From Selaginella moellendorffii (taxonomy: Eukaryota; Plantae; Lycopodiophyta), in the NCBI RefSeq assembly GCF_000143415.4, contig NW_003314275.1:1965419-2029418 (forward strand): a DNA stretch of 64,000 nucleotides, read 5' to 3'. Positions 1 to 11,698 of this stretch are shown piece by piece. The position numbers and the translations under genes are program-made. The notes under the pieces were generated by a model that was not told the origin of the DNA, made no database searches, and worked only from the letters and a program-made list of their open reading frames with translations. Positions within the stretch are counted from its first letter, which is position 1. Every line of letters begins with the position of its first letter.

Positions 1-177
1 TAAGTGGGGAGATGCCCCCAGAAACATGGTCAACAAGTCGTAAGATTAAAAAGAGGCATTTGATGTGGGTATCGAACTTCTTCTATAGGTGGTGGAGTTG
101 TAAGGAACCAACTCCCTAAGGTGTCGAAGGCTAAAGGATCCTTGAAGGCATGACCAAAATGATAAAAAGTTCATCAG

Positions 178-385
178 ATGAGACCGAGTTCAAGATTGAG
201 TCCGAGACCAACTTCGAGACCGAGTTCGAGACCGAGTCCAAGACCGAGTTCGAGACCGAGTTCGAGATCTGATATCGAATTTGAGACCAAGTTCGAGATC
301 CAGTCTGAGGTTGGGTCCAAGATCGAATCCGAGACCGAGTCTGAAGTCGAGTCCAAGATCGAGTCCAAGACCGAGTCCAAATACT
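178..385. repeat. Degenerate 12-bp tandem repeat (consensus about GAGACCGAGTTC)
   Basis: About 17 imperfect units are visible. They generate the low-complexity ORFs at 131-397. Confidence 0.9.
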
Positions 386-399
386 AATACAGGTCATGG

Positions 400-1700
400 G
401 TGAAAGCTCAAAGCGTGTGTCTCCCAGGGGGGGCTGTAGGGGGTTCCAAAAGTATAGTAGGGATAGTGAGGTCTAGGAACCAGTCTTGAAGGAACTCTTC
501 AGTGGTGCTTCCAAACTGACTTGAGGTTGAGACTGGGGCCGAGGGGCCTTGGGTGGGAGTGAGCATAGACTCGGATGGTGCCAGAGGGGCCACCCAAGGA
601 AATGCTCAAGAGTAACTCCCACTCCTGGAAAGGAAACCGACTGCAGTGCTCCCGGCTCATGTGGAGTGGTGCCCCACTTGAGTACCTTGCAACTCATTGG
701 TCCTCGCCCTTCTTAGGGACTTGAGCCTTCCCTTTGGGATGGAAGTGGGGGAGTAGGGGTACCCATACCGGGCCGTTAGGCGATGGTGTTTTTCCCCGGT
801 GTTCCGAAGCAAGTGTTGCACCCAAAGCTTGGGATTTAGAAGGTCCTATAATCAAATCTTGTTGTACCAAAGAATGTAAGGAACCTGGTGGCTTAGTGTA
901 CTTGGTTGCTTGTGTCTGCAGGGAGTGTAGCCGAACCTTAAGTCCAGTTTAACCTGGGGAGGGGGATTGGGAGAGATTTGGGAATCCGTGGATGGATGGC
1001 TAACACTCCATTACTCGTGTAGTGAATAGTTGAAACCAAATAGGACCAAGTAAGAGTTGGTAGAATAGGTGGGAACCTTGGCGAAGGAACTTAGCTAAGG
1101 CCAAGGCAGTGTTAGTTAGATAGATGAGGTAAACTGGCAAATTGGAAAGGAAAAATTTGTGGCTTACAATGGCAAGGACATCCTAGAGGATAATGGAACT
1201 TAGTGGTCGGGCTTGTGGGCCTTGTCCTAGTGGTAATGTTGGCGAACACAGCCATAGATAGAAAAGGGACTTAATAGGGACTATAAAAAGGATGTTGGGA
1301 AAGGTTTTTCTCCATGTTTATGGGCATCCTAAGGATGCTAAGGAGTGGATCTGGGATGATCACTCATGGATGGATGGCCTAGTCTTTGAAAGACAGGATT
1401 GTGATGCAGATGGTGTTGAATCACCGATATGACAAAGGTGAATAGGCATAGCTTTAGCATAACGGGCTAATATGTTAATGGTACCTTTGGGTGTCAATCA
1501 TGGGATCAGACACATGGAGCACTTAGACCAAGTGCAAAGGTTGAGTGGCATGGATGTCATTCTCAGGGCTAGCATGTCCCCAAATCTAGAATAAGACTTA
1601 TGGAGGTTGTGAGTGAGACTCCTCGAAGTGGTCAAAGATATGGTTAAGTGACTAAAGTAAAATGGAAAATTTAGTCGCTTACACAATCCCTTATGTAATA
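400..1700 (-). mobile_element. Degenerate retroelement-like remnant (class uncertain)
   Basis: Broken Pro/Ser-rich minus-strand reading frames with many stops, next to a minisatellite. No diagnostic RT or integrase motif recognised. Confidence 0.25.
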
Positions 1701-2557
1701 CTTTTGCAATTTATGGCAACATTAGTGCAGACATAATGGAACATCTTTGATGGTGGATCCTATTGTATATGCCTCTCTAGTTTATATTAATGAACCTCAT
1801 ATATTTGTACAGTGTTGGCTTTGAAATCTATAGATAAGATGTCAAGTAATCCATTAAATCTTCAAGTGCATCTATAAATAAAAAACAGTTGAATTGCTAA
1901 AACCTCTAAAATCTAGAAATATTTGAATTCCTACAATGAGATATGTAAGAATTTACTCTAAACTTGAAATTATATATTTGTGTACTCTTTATTATCACTC
2001 TCAAATGTTGAAGAAGAGTTTGAATCATATGGGATAAACTGTCCATTTATACCATTTTGCTTTTCTATGAGACCTGGCAAAATTCTCAAGCAAAAATGTC
2101 ATTATCTATAGCAAAGAAGTTTGAAATTGATAATAGAAACTTACTTATATTTCTTACACCTAATTGTGTATACTATATGTCAAAACCTTCGTACAAATCC
2201 TATCATCAAAAGAGAATAGGACTATTTAACTATTTCAATTATGAATCACTTTGCTATTGCTTTTGATTTTTCAGTACCAATACCCACCCAACGACAAGCA
2301 ATCCTCACCTAAAAAATGACCCTAATCAAAGGATGAGTATAGATATGCTATGGGCCATAACATGGGATGTGCATAATAGGTATGTATGCTTGACCATTAA
2401 AATCATCTCATCACATTGGATGCCCATCAAATGTGCATCATAGCAACATAATTATGTTGGGCCAACCAAATGTCACCACATGGCAGATGTAATATCATGT
2501 GGTACATGCTTTTTTCACGAAGCACCAGTTTACAAATAACACACCATACAATAAAGG

Positions 2558-2930
2558 AATCGCATCCCAAGCTCAAGGGCAAGGATAATCACTAATTATC
2601 TACTATATTGAAGGTCCTTTGAAGTCGCAAACTCATAGCTTGGCTGGGGGGAATGGATCTATTGCAAGGACGATTCACGGAGATTAGATCTCTTGATGGC
2701 CTCACCATGACGGCATGGCATGTGTACCATGTCATTGCCTCTAAGGGAGCTTGTTAACTTGAGCAAGGGTTAGTGGGCCTTGTATGTCAATTGGGACCTT
2801 TCTTTTGCTGAAATCAGAAGATGGACACACGCTATGTTTAATAGCCAGTTCGCCACAAGGATTGGGGAATTTCATTTGGATATGATTATGGTGATCAAGT
2901 ACATTGGCGGTGAAGCTATTGCTTAAAGTT
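2558..2930 (+). pseudogene. Aegerolysin-like pseudogene, copy A
   Basis: Translation across frameshifts gives KLKGKD...EVANS*LGWGEWIYCKDDSREIRSLDGLTMTAWHVYHVIAS, resembling the aegerolysin N-x-x-L-x-W-G-K...D-K-D-x-E-I stretch. DNA is colinear with 35283-35700. Confidence 0.6.
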
Positions 2931-4282
2931 TATTCATCTTGTATTACTATGATCTAGCTTTATCCCACATTTATCAGGTTGAATAAAATTGAGATTTGAT
3001 TTCATCAACAAATAGAAGAGGATCATGTCAAGGAAGGATGTGACAAGAGGAGTGGCAAATAGATCCAAAGGTGGAAGAACTAGAGGAGTTTAGCAAACGA
3101 ATGGCTCAAGAGGGGTATATTGTAATCCATAAGTTTCGTGCTTCTTGGTGAGTGCTATAAAACCCCATAAACATTTAATGAATGAATGATTCTTGCAACC
3201 ACTATAAATTATTTGATTTGTCTTGATTAATGGTGGCTGGGATCAGTGAATGTAATTGCCTTGGATAAATAAGGTTCTTGAGAAAGGAGCAACCTTTAAG
3301 TCTGATATTGGAAGTTAAAAGCAATTGGTTGATTTTGAGGAAGTTTAGTCCATCAATTAAGCTCTGAGCAATTGAGTTGAGCTCTTGTTATTTCGATTTT
3401 GCAATAGCATAGTGAAAAAGGGAAAGGGAAAGTGTAGTACCTGAATGAATGTGTGTCTGTTTGCTGAAGGAGGAGGAGGATGTACCCCACTGCCAGCACT
3501 ATAAAGGTAGACTTGTCCAGAACACACCAAAGCTGCTGCTTATTCCTCCCCAACTAGGATACTTTCTCTGACGCTATTATGGTTCCATTAGCAAGTGTTT
3601 CACTCCAATCTTGCTCATCTTCACTATGTGACCCAAGCTCTCCATAAGCTGATTTTTCTGTGCAGTTTTACTTGCTCCTCCAATGATAATTAGCTTCTAC
3701 CTGGTATAGGAGAGAAATTAGAATGCAAAGTTGAAGGAATTTTGAAAACCACATACTTGGCCTCTGTAAGGGATCGTAAGCACCACTCCAAGTCCTTTTC
3801 TCTTTGAGCTGCTTGACAACCATAAGCGCGTGACAACCAAGTAATCCAAAATTCACTACTAAACAAAAGTCATGCCAAGGCCTCATTTTCTACCATCGAC
3901 AGATCCTTTCTCAAGTCTGCAGCCTTTTTTTGCCACTTTACCTGCGCTATAATGGCACACATCTATCATAGCATCTCATAGCATCATGGAGGCAAGTTTA
4001 TTACCTCTTCATCTCTCAATGATTGAAGCTCACTTAGAATTTCATCCCAAAAAGTTGATGTTTTATAATGCCCCCTTTTTTTTCTTCAGTTCACCTGCAA
4101 ACTCTCATACATTAGTGCACTTGACCAAACTTGCCAAACCATACCAGAGCTATTTCATTGGTGTCACTGTCGACTTTGTCCTCAAACGACAAACGGGAAA
4201 AGCCTTTCACTGGAGTATATTTCTATATATGTAATCTAGATAGTAGATCACAACAAAAGGGCAGGACCATAAAAACCTAATA

Positions 4283-4288
<6 letters not shown>

Positions 4289-4312
<24 letters not shown>
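4289..4312. repeat. (GA)n microsatellite
   Basis: Read directly from the sequence. Confidence 0.95.
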
Positions 4313-4313
<1 letters not shown>

Positions 4314-5039
4314 CACTTGTCCAATTGATTACAAATTATCATGCCAATCCACAAAAAGCAAGAATCATGCCACTATAATTTTGCAAACATAAAACTCTCA
4401 GATATGAATAACCATAACCATTTCTAAGAGATACATCTAAACCTTGAATTTCACAAATTGAAGGGTAAGAGAATATCTATCCCCCGATGCCAATAGCACT
4501 TTTAAATAAAGAAGTATGATAACAACCATTTCAAGTCATGAGGACCCACAAAGGGCATCATACCATCCTATTTACTGCTGGTGCGAAGTTAGACATGTAG
4601 GTTCAAAGATGGCAAGTAGTTCATCACAAAGGTTTGTGGTGGCAGTGAGGTACTCACAAAGTCATTAGTGTTGCCATTACTAGAAGAAGAGAGGGAAGGG
4701 CAGCTCAAAATTGAAAAGTGGTTTTTTGTCCCATTGTTGTTTGTATGTAGTGTAGTGTAGAGTGAAGTGTAGGACAGTTTCAATGCACATAAGTAACAAA
4801 TCATATCCTCCTAGGGTAGTTTACATCCTTCCCAATTACCAACTTTTGAGTGCAAGTGATGTTGTTCTGTTTGATAGCATGCCAGGATTTTGTGATGGTG
4901 GTGTCCCAAGATAGCAATATCAATAAGCTGTTTGTGGGTTGATGGCTAGTAAATTGTGTTGGAATTTTGGATCATGTTAAGCCCCTTAAAGCCACCATTA
5001 GAAAGACAATTCACAAATATTAGATCTATGGGGTACCAT

Positions 5040-5280
5040 AGATCCACATCACTGCCTCTGGGTAGGAGCTGGTAACTCCCTTATGCAAGCACTGGCTCGA
5101 AGGTAGTGTATGTCTACTTGGACATTCTTATGTTGGAATGACACCATGGAAGAAAACCACTCATGATAGCTGGTTCAACGTGATGGCCATAAGGATTAGA
5201 GAATCTAGTATAGATGTCATCAATTACATTAGCATTGAGGCCATTGAAGAAGTTATTGCTTGAAAGTTTGTGTTTGAGCA
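5040..5280 (+). pseudogene. Aegerolysin-like pseudogene, copy B (3' part only)
   Basis: gaaggtagtgtatgtctacttggacattcttatgttggaatg...ttgcttgaaagtttgtgtttgag aligns with 35535-35704 and translates as KVVYVYLDILMLE/SYVGMTPWKKTTHDSWFNV. Confidence 0.55.
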
Positions 5281-5424
5281 ACAAGGATAACTTAATTGCT
5301 GATCAAATGTAAAACAACTCTCGCAAAAGCCATCTCTTAGTGTTATCATATTGTAAGCATAATTATTTTGCAAACAATTGTTTTAGCTATTGTCAAGAGC
5401 TTGTGCAAAATCAGCTTTTTTTTT

Positions 5425-5644
5425 ATCATGGAATCAAGAAATTGTGAGGACTACCACTGTTTGAGGTATAAACACTAGGCTTATACCTATTATTAGCAAA
5501 TTTGTCCCATACTTTCCAAGAGCAATGGCAGATTCATTGAGCATTTTAAAACTCTTATGGCATTCTTTGATTGCCTTGTTAGAGTAAGTAAGTGATAGTT
5601 TGAATGAATGAGTAAAAAAGTAAAAAAACAAAGAGAAGAAGCAT
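5425..5644 (-). pseudogene. Small secreted Cys-protein family (SSP), decayed copy 1
   Basis: Hydrophobic N-terminus, then SLTYSNKAIKEC and, after a frameshift, ICHCSWKVWDKFANNRYKPSVYT. Homologous to the 30857 protein (SLAYSGEVIKEC...FCDCLWDIWGEFGDARAPGVYI). Confidence 0.7.
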
Positions 5645-5934
5645 TTAGGATATCTATCTAGCCCTCAAATATTGACTCTGCACTTTTAAATAATGTCAAC
5701 TTTGTGGCTTGTTTTCATTTGAACTAAAGTCAATATGGTACCTTGAAATTGAAAATCTGTCATTATTTCCAAAGCTTGAAATGTTATTGTATCAATTGTA
5801 CACTTGTACCAAACCATGGAAGAATGAAAAAGCTATTCCTATTGAGACATTGATTTTGCCCTGGGATAGCACTTGCAAGTCTCTTAGCACTTCTCAAAAT
5901 GCCAAAAAAATATGGGTTAGCTAACAATCCCAAC

Positions 5935-6316
5935 CCAAGATTAATTTAAAGGATGTCCAAAAGTTGCTTGACTAAAAGGATAAATGATCCAACAAAGTTT
6001 TTGAAAAAATCCACCTTTCTATATTGTGGCAAATAAAGTAAAACAAAGCTTTGATAATTCTTTAATAGGGGGTTGACATTCCAATGCAACCTTTGGAGGA
6101 AAAACCAATCACTATCTGTTTTATTGCTCATTTTTCAAGATACCAAATTGACTTAGTTTTAAACTAAAACAAGTTGCAAACTTGAAATATATTGATGGAA
6201 GGATAAGTTCAACTTGAGCAAATCTCAATGCTTTTCATTTTATTAGCAGCTTTACTCTTTAGCTCATTTAGACCATCACTTACATACTCTAGTGAGGTGA
6301 TTAAAGAATGTGATGA

Positions 6317-6347
<31 letters not shown>

Positions 6348-6650
6348 ACAATTATGAGACTTTCTATGATTGCTTTTAGGACATTTGGGGAGTGTTTGGT
6401 AATGCACGGGCTACTAGTATTTATATTGCAAGACCAGGAGCATTTTTTATGATCCTCACCATTTAGAATCTATGATTATATAGAAGATGATATTTGTCAA
6501 GCTCTTGAGGATAGTTGGCGTGATTGTTTGCAGTTTAACTATGGTGATAGTAAGATAACAATGAGGGATGGTTCCATGCACAAAACTCACAATGACAACT
6601 ATTTTGTGTGGAATAACAATTAAGATATCCTTATTGCCTTTAAATTATCA
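5935..6650 (+). repeat. Segmental duplicate of about 30610-31280 (SSP gene plus about 250 bp upstream)
   Basis: Shared ttaaaggatgtccaaa...accaatcact...aaattgacttagttt...tatccttattgcctttaaatt. Confidence 0.85.
6228..6643 (+). pseudogene. SSP family, decayed copy 2 (frameshifted at a (TA)n tract)
   Basis: MLFILLAALLFSSFRPSLTYSSEVIKECDET is followed by a (TA)n run at about 6320-6347 that breaks the frame. Downstream DNA closely matches 30970-31270. Confidence 0.85.
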
Positions 6651-9600
6651 AAATTATATATTAATTAATCTTAATCAGATGCAATTCTTTACACACGGGT
6701 AAAGAGAGGAGGTTAATCATGATATTCTTTTGGAATTCAATCCAATTTAGGGAGATTTAATTGGGAGTAAGAGATAAAAGGAGGAGGACATTGACAAAGA
6801 GGGTTAGGCTGGGCTTCACCCTTTCTTTACAATGATTAAAAGTGTCTAAAAGTGTTCTTGGAATGTTCTTGAGTGAGCATTGATGAGATTGTGAGTGCTT
6901 TGTTTCTAATGTGATTTGAAGAGTTTTGTTTATAGCTCATGATTGGCCACTTAAAACAAGACACTTTTGAGAATTTCTAGCAATTGTAAAGGAATCTATG
7001 CTACAGGGCTCTATTGGATCGAAACAACTGAGGTTAGCTAAGATTCAATTTTTGTGGGTTAGGAACAAGGTACAATTTTTATATTTTTTTTAAAATATTT
7101 TTTTGGCTAAAACAAGTCTCATTGAATAGGGTCTAAAGATCTTCATGTGGGGAGATTTTGACCAATATGAAATTGAGGAAGTGTTCAATTGAGTTGTTGA
7201 ATCTATTTTTGAACTATTGCTAATTTTGTGCTCCATGTTCTTGGGTGTGCTTCCAGCCACAGCAGATTAATTCACTAATGATTAAAGTGAGTTTTATTAT
7301 AGAATTACAAATTTCTCACTTAGTTTGAATAGCAAGCCCATTGATGTAGTTGTTCAAAAATTAACTATATAAAACACTTGATGAGATAATAGGACTTCAA
7401 ATATCAGAAAACTATATAGGACAAAATTACATCATTTACTTTGGTATATAGTTTTATAATATAGGGTCCAAAATAATTTTCTAATGGTTTTTATAAAAGT
7501 TTTTAGATATATATTTTATACAATTTAAATATTAGTGTGACAAATACTTTTTAGTATAGTGTCTTCTATGGTTTTAAGAAAGATGTTACTCTGTTTTTCC
7601 ATCAAATATTGTATATAATTTTTCATATGGTAGAATGTCTAGGATTTTGTATATATATGTGTTTAAGATATGTTAATTATATACTTAAATATAAATGTCA
7701 AAATATATTTTTGGTTTGCTTAAGCAAACTCATAGGGGGACTGGGATGGTAGTGGATATACCTAGAATAACCTTGGATATTCTAGGATATTCTACCATCT
7801 AATGGTTGTTATTCATTTAGATTAATCTTGTATTTATAATTTATAAACTTTCTTAAACCCTCTCTAGTATATTCTTTTTTATTCTAAATGGTTGATATGC
7901 AATAAGATTAATCTTATGTTTATAAATTACAAACATGCTTATAATTGTAAGCTTTATTTGATCAATTAGATTAAAAGTAGGAACAACACTATTATTAAGC
8001 AAACCAAGAATTGCTTCATGGCAATGCATAGCAAATTATTCCATATAGTTTATAAAAATAGTTATATAGTTTTTCCTATGGTTTTACATGCATTTATGAT
8101 TTAATTTGATTATATAGTTTTTACATCTTTCAACCTCCTAAATGATTAATGTACTTTCATCCCATATATTTATCAACTAAGTCCCCAACCTTTAAAGTAT
8201 GTCCAATAACTTATTTTAAGGTCTTTTCTGTTTTGTTTTTTACTTTCCACTAGGCAAATAGTAAAACTGGTTTTTTATCCTGCAAACTCAATTTGTAAAA
8301 GATCCATCTCTTGTAGTGGACACAAGGATTCATTGCAAATATCCCTTACACCCTAAGGGGGCAATTAGGCAAAAAAGAGATAGAGGGTAGCTGGAGAAGG
8401 CATGGGGTATAGTGGGAACTCATGGGCAGCAAGGACTTGGTGATATGAAGAAGTGTGTCAGTTGGACTGGTTTGGTTGTGGGGAAAGGTGTAGGGGTTTT
8501 TAGAGGTGCAGTCCAAGTGGGGCAGCATGATGGTGCGAACCATACGTACCATCAAACGAGATTGGGAAGGAACTGGGAGCACAGTAATTACCTTGGTTTA
8601 TAGGAGGAACGTCCACATATCCATCTCATATCCTTGCATCTAATGTGGCAAGGAATGTGATCGAGAGGAGAGCAATGCACTATTATCTTAGCCCGATTTA
8701 TTTTGTTTTTTGCGATGGAAATCTTTGACCTCGTGCTGACTAACAGTTATTATAACCGGCTGGGCAGTGGAGAAGTTCGCCACTCACAATCGTTGAAGAG
8801 AAATGGCAGAGGAGTGGTGGCACGTCGGCTTGTTGCAGTACTGTATTTGGTGCTTCACTGTGGCAGTTTTGTTGAGGTGGCAGAGGGTGATTCTACGACT
8901 GGGTTGCAGTTGGTTGGGGTGGGATCCAAGTCATTGAAACTGTATTCCCTATGGATGCAGAGTTCACGTCTTCAGATTCCTTCTTGGAAATTCACCTGGA
9001 TCCTCTCTTGTTGGGCTGGTGTGAAGCAATTGTGGGTGGCTGGATAGGCGCTTGACTGCTGGATGTGACGGTGTCAGCAGTCTAAGGCTATGTGACGATT
9101 GCAAGCCATACGTCTATGAGACGTTGCAGGGAGCTGAGGAGCTGGAGGACTTGAAGGAATTTGCAGTTGAGTGCTGTGTGTGTCTTCATCTGCGAGGGCA
9201 ACTTCAATGGCTCCAGCGACATCAGTAGCTAACAGCGTTGGTGGTGTGTTTGTAGAGTGTCTTTACATTCACTTATGTTTTGGTGGCTTTTGGGGCTGTA
9301 TATGGGCAAGAGTTTGTACCGCTTAACAGGATGGTTGATCCATTTATTGCAACGGATTAAGAGCCAGCTGTCCCCACTAGGCTGACTCTCTCTCGGACCT
9401 TGTCCATCTCGTTCCCAGCTTCCCTCATGCAGCAAGACTACTGCCCACTGCCTCGTTGATGCTCTGCGCAGCAGCTCTGCAGATTCTCTGGCTCTCCCAG
9501 CTCCCTGGCTGCTCTAGACCGGCTGCCAATGCTCCACCTTCCTTCCCTTCCTTCTTCATTCCTGCTCCATTCCTGCAGAAACCAGGCCATCTGTTGCAAG

Positions 9601-10382
9601 TGGCAACAATCCCGGAGCAGGGAGACATGATCCTGCTCGTGCCAGGGAAGTGCAGTCTAGTTGCTGGAAACAAGGGCATTGGTAGAGGACGTGGAAGACA
9701 TCCTCCACTTGTCCCAGGGTACACTATTTGCATAGCTGTTTCTCCCATGGGATGCGCAGTCTACAGTGACGCCCCCTTTCCACCTCGAGCCTATGGCAAC
9801 GGTAGCGAGCCCGGGTGGTGCAGACCCATGGTGCAGCACTGGAAAGTCGAAGCGGCACCGTGGCTAGGTATATGTCGTATTTGGTGGCCACTCCGGACCT
9901 GTCCTCTATCCAGCGATCACTGCTGTGTTCATGGAGTAGTCATCGAGGGGGTCTGATACAATGAGTTCCAGGTCTTGGCTCAGCCGCATTGTATGGCTAT
10001 AAGAGAGCGAACAGATTAAAGAATGCCACGTTTACAGTAAATGAAAAGTGGCAAAAATCAGAACCACGTTAAATATTCTTGGCACCATAAAATTAAACGC
10101 ACACGCTGTTATGCGTTAGAGTCAACTCAAGTCACTCGAGGTCAATGGCCCGGTCAGAGCTAGCAGCCCGCCATCGTATCTTGGTTGAATATAGGTATCT
10201 GCATGAATCTTCCACGTGCCACATGTACTATTTGTACTATTTCTAACCGTCACCCACCCAATCCGCATTAGTTCAAATATTTTATTATCATCAATATTCT
10301 TGGAATGAAGCACATTAAAATAAATAAATAAATAAATATATATAAATATATAAAGGATAAAGATGTAAATTTATTTAACTTA

Positions 10383-11264
10383 ATGTTTTTCATCTTAATC
10401 AATACAATAATAGTTTTAGATATGGGTTATAATACAAATATAAATTGGGGAATTAATAATACTTTACTTTATCATGAAGTTAGAGATATTATTGATGGAA
10501 TTCAACGAATTGAAACTAGAGTTAATAGATCTAATTATGATTATCCCCCTAATTATGAGGATTGGGAATCTGTGAATCTTGGTAGAGGATCTGCTCTAAT
10601 ATTGTTTGAACGTTTAGGTGGAAATCCTCCAAATTGCTTAGTAGGTAATGTTTTCAATGATAAAATTAGTGGTAATACTCTTAAATCTGGTATTCAATAT
10701 TTAAAAAATATGTATAAAAATGAAATAATTACTGCATGCTCTAGCATGTGTGATATTAAATCTAGAAATTATAGACTAAGATATGTTATTGATGAATGGT
10801 GGAACAATAGCTATTTGATAAAACCTTTATCAAAAGATAATCCAAATTCTTTATATATTAATTGTGATAATACTCAAAGTACATTATATGCTAAATTTCC
10901 AAGAGATCATTTACTAACTAATGAGTTTTTAGTGTCACCAAATGGGAAAAATATACTTTATATATTATCAAATTGTAAAATTGCATTATATTCTGGAAAA
11001 AACCGTTTATGGATTTCAGATAATGTAAATATTTATTGGGGATTATGTAAACTTATACTCCAAGGAGATGCTAATCTTGTACTATATACAGAAAAAAAAA
11101 CAAAAATGTGGTCTATAAATAAATATTGTGTAAATTCACATTGTAAACTTCTTACATTTATTACTGTTCAAAATGATTGTAACCTTGTAATTTACTCATC
11201 TAGTCCATTAAAGGAAGTGTGGTGGGCAACAAATACACATACTCATCCAGGTTGTATTAAATAA
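10383..11264 (+). CDS. Intronless 293-aa protein: hydrophobic N-terminus, unknown domain and C-terminal bulb-type (GNA/B-) mannose-binding lectin
   Basis: Intact ORF with two QxDxNxVxY motifs (QGDANLVLY, QNDCNLVIY), an LVSPNG start and a WATNT end, all typical of B-lectin domains. Confidence 0.8.
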   Translation: MFFILINTIIVLDMGYNTNINWGINNTLLYHEVRDIIDGIQRIETRVNRSNYDYPPNYEDWESVNLGRGSALILFERLGGNPPNCLVGNVFNDKISGNTLKSGIQYLKNMYKNEIITACSSMCDIKSRNYRLRYVIDEWWNNSYLIKPLSKDNPNSLYINCDNTQSTLYAKFPRDHLLTNEFLVSPNGKNILYILSNCKIALYSGKNRLWISDNVNIYWGLCKLILQGDANLVLYTEKKTKMWSINKYCVNSHCKLLTFITVQNDCNLVIYSSSPLKEVWWATNTHTHPGCIK

Positions 11265-11698
11265 AATTTAAAATAAATAACAACTTTTGAATAAAAAATT
11301 TTAATTGAATTTTTTTAAGTCACATATAACACCTTTATATTAAATTGTAGCCATGGTGAAGTATTAAACTTAATCTAAAAACTTATATTCTAATATTGTT
11401 GTATGATGTCAGTTTGTTTGCAGCTGGGAAAGAGGCCCACAGGAATTTAGGCTCATGTATACTATCGTGATATTTAGAGGCTCAAGTATTCTTATTTTAT
11501 CATTTTCCAATTATTTAGAATTTTTATATTATACAAAGCAAACCAAGAGTTGCACAGAATAGCAAACTAAATCTTCCAGCATGCATTAGCATGATTTGTC
11601 AATTCCATTTTTCTCTACAACGACATCAAGATTCACAGCCCTTTGCATGATAACCTTTGGCCCGTACTAAATGAGAGGAGGCTATGGAAACCTCCAAG

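Noticed and set aside
131-397. ORFs over the 12-bp repeat, and a possible CRISPR-like array
   Set aside because: Contiguous minisatellite with no unique spacers, in a eukaryotic context. The ORFs are by-products of the repeat.
3350-4250. Short ORFs on both strands
   Set aside because: No recognisable motifs or coherent exon structure. Probably decayed TE or gene debris.
8340-9960. GC-richer tract with ORFs up to 166 aa
   Set aside because: No domain recognised and frames are broken. It may be a TE remnant, but no call can be supported.
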